The notes under the pieces are model-generated. The model searched no databases, had not been told where the DNA came from, and saw only the letters and a list, made by a program, of their open reading frames with translations. 32,000 nucleotides of DNA from an archaeon. Its GTDB lineage: Archaea > Asgardarchaeota > Thorarchaeia > Thorarchaeales > Thorarchaeaceae. Positions 30,701 to 32,000 of the stretch are shown here, one piece after another. Position numbers and translations under genes: made by a program. Numbering within the stretch: position 1 is the first letter of the stretch; the number at the start of each line of letters is the position of its first letter. The stretch spans positions 1 to 32,000 of the forward strand of contig JAJRZD010000050.1 in assembly GCA_024275415.1 (NCBI GenBank), read 5' to 3'.

Positions 30701-32000
30701 AAATGAGGATACGTATGCTAAGGGTCACACCAACTATGATATCCAAAAGAAGAGTCGATAAGGCTGGTAGTCCTTGCCCTTGATACTTCTTGCTAATCTC
30801 GAAGACCAGCGATAAGGTAAGAGTAATTGACACTGAGAGCAGTTCAGAGAACCACTCCAATATCGTACTTATGACACCACCAGGTCCAGGCGCGAGGAAT
30901 GCAGAGATACTCAGGCTGAAGTCAGCATCAAGCTCGAAACGAAGTCCCCACTCACGCACATCTATGAAGCCCCGTTCAGTGTTGGATGCATCAATAGGTG
31001 GGAATGCAAGTTGCATCCATGCATGACCGAAGAAGTCAATGGTGAACTGTGCCATGAGTCCTTGTACCCAGTCATTTCCTGTCGGTAGGAAGGCACAGAT
31101 ACCCATTTCAATGTCCATAACCGGAATTACATCAATGAACCTGCGGAGTTCGGTAAATCCTGCACGGACATCACCAAAGTCTGCAATGTCCACACCGCCA
31201 AGAACCGCTTCGTTCATGAAAGTTTCAAAGGCAGTCTTGTCAATCTCAAAGTCTGGAAGAAGCTTGATACGCAGAACCGCACCAAAGCTAGCGAAATTAG
31301 AACCGAGGTTCAGTGGAGTTCCGAGTCTAAAGAGAAAGACGGGAATAAGGCCTGCAAGGTCTGTCTGAACTGGGGTATTGATAATCTGGTTGAAGAAGTC
31401 CCCGATGTAGTCATCTACATCATACCACGAGTCTAGGATAAGCTGATCGATGAGTGACCAGAGCTCAAACATCTGTCGGGGGAGGAGTTCTGGCATCCAA
31501 GTGGCGAAATCGTGGTTGGTGACATTGAAACCTTGGTCGGTGAACCAATTCTGAAGTTCATCGCGAGCGTCCTCTATGACGCCCTGCATGTAATTGTTTA
31601 GTTCTTCAGCAGCATCAACGTGAATGCTCAAATCTTGGAATCCTAGGTCTATCAGGGAATACAGAACAGTGTCAATAAGCCATCCAAGAGGCCCACCAAC
31701 GCCGCTTGTGGGAGCCATCTCTCGTAGACCGATGTAGTCTTCTCCTTGAGATGGGATCCCCAACCGCATTATAGGTTCAAGCTCCTCTCCTTGGTCATTG
31801 TATTGCTTTTCCTCAACGACCCATGACTCGGTGAGTGCAGGATCAGTAATTGGATCAGGAACATGCTCCCCGGTATAGACTTCGGGCATGACACCCTTTG
31901 CAAAGTACTCGTTGATGTTATCAGCAAAATCACGAAGAACGTCTTCTCTGAGGTTCTCGCCAGTTCGGGACCATTTTGGTCTGTCCGAAAGCGACATTGT
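27795..32000 (-). CDS. Large surface protein with ~26 TSP3-like Ca-binding repeats, C-terminal TM and Lys-rich tail; probably 5'-partial
   Basis: Repeated DPxxxDTDxDGLxDGxE units (about 26 by my count), [23 protein letters not shown] and KKTTS-repeat tail. Frame is open to the window edge and the ATG at 31997 has no signal peptide. ATGA overlap with the next gene. Confidence 0.85.
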   Translation of the reverse strand, partial: TMSLSDRPKWSRTGENLREDVLRDFADNINEYFAKGVMPEVYTGEHVPDPITDPALTESWVVEEKQYNDQGEELEPIMRLGIPSQGEDYIGLREMAPTSGVGGPLGWLIDTVLYSLIDLGFQDLSIHVDAAEELNNYMQGVIEDARDELQNWFTDQGFNVTNHDFATWMPELLPRQMFELWSLIDQLILDSWYDVDDYIGDFFNQIINTPVQTDLAGLIPVFLFRLGTPLNLGSNFASFGAVLRIKLLPDFEIDKTAFETFMNEAVLGGVDIADFGDVRAGFTELRRFIDVIPVMDIEMGICAFLPTGNDWVQGLMAQFTIDFFGHAWMQLAFPPIDASNTERGFIDVREWGLRFELDADFSLSISAFLAPGPGGVISTILEWFSELLSVSITLTLSLVFEISKKYQGQGLPALSTLLLDIIVGVTLSIRILICVFQGTFKVGLRFEQRSGILSGSALMALADDPDPVIIRTLSDISTSTIGIYITLYCSLYFGVDLFFTSFGTHFGGPWTTTMDLSASWGSDTYGDEAADLTDSDADGLPDDFENRMSLLYGTLPEFALADSSTFLDPNNADTDGDGLNDKLELELNTAPWKVDTDGDLLTDQEEYEIFKTNPLLNDTDRDNLTDYEECKVYHTSPFLIDTDGDMLYDWYEVNTAYDVSLTKGTYGAVGSVEIGGVTYDDHTDPLNPDTDNDGLLDGEEWSNGVEYMNETEVELYQYVNFRWTHPLDADTDDDSVAWLFSGDWNDPFYPTDDYIWDLHDGTEVKGQIAEIPDAEGYPEVKLVKTNPCNPDTDNDTAWGAVALYLTDGNELARDPQWDPTNGDQDSDGLKDGYEQIGPGGSGTDAQNPDTDNDHLPDYEDWMLPTDPRNPDSDNDMVLDGDEYYLYGTNPVSNDTDMDGLSDGEELFFFYCNPLVRDSDADGLTDGEEILIYLTDPLLPDTDGDGLIDGYEVFTSHTDPRLWDTDEDRLGDGEELLVYNTDPLDWDTDHDSLDYPNENGSMTLPLGDGDEVLDYNTSPITVDTDADGLTDSQEIYLGLGWPGHDPIPLDPLNNDTDGDTLLDGQEMILENISIITYPYEALTIVLRYGSCPVKNDTDSDGLDDGLELQYGTYPNDPDSDDDNINDYNEIYVTHTDPMSNDTDGDEIPDNLESWEGVTAHTTPPSATTPPGYLLSQDNGSYWPLYPTDVNDSDTDNDYLPDGLELVYGTDPLEWDENGNGIADGFEYDFDGDGLSDGEEFYFEKTWMAPLPIGNDSRGIWHWTGAPGGFDNPDSDGDGLSDGEEVNVYGTDPTDADTDNDGISDFEEVQLGQNPIVPITEGYPFWIVAAIIGGVGFIAGIIVPPVLRTVVGIVRGGDAGVKKKKVASKKTTSKKTTSKRTTAKKETSSRKKTKSSKKEGDTK

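Noticed and set aside
808-31368. Numerous 60-230 aa ORFs antisense to or overlapping the long genes
   Set aside because: Shadow frames of well-supported CDSs with no recognisable motifs.

Overview
Archaeal chromosomal window, inferred to be Asgard (possibly Thorarchaeia) from gene style, TATA-type promoters and glycosylated Thr-linker/TM/basic-tail surface proteins; I cannot confirm taxonomy. All family calls are by motif recognition, not database search. Left part (1-6.3 kb): partial GH42-like surface protein, Zn-finger-fused methyltransferase, TPR gene split by one in-frame TAG, enoyl-CoA hydratase and ADP-ribosylglycohydrolase. Next is a cas-less CRISPR array (29 repeats of 37 nt, 28 spacers, minus orientation) whose distal end abuts a decayed TnpB-like C-terminus missed by the ORF track. 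Then come carbamate kinase and a CPBP protease. The best candidate for an undescribed system is a 3-gene operon (11.9-19.6 kb): a surface alpha/alpha-barrel protein, a fusion of alpha/alpha-barrel + 7TM_transglut + RimK-related ATP-grasp ligase, and a membrane-anchored transglutaminase with an intact triad. After ridA, a ~12 kb minus-strand operon encodes three large surface proteins (TSP3-like Ca-binding repeats; nested FG-GAP/NHL propellers; putative Cys-His-Asp enzyme + FN3).
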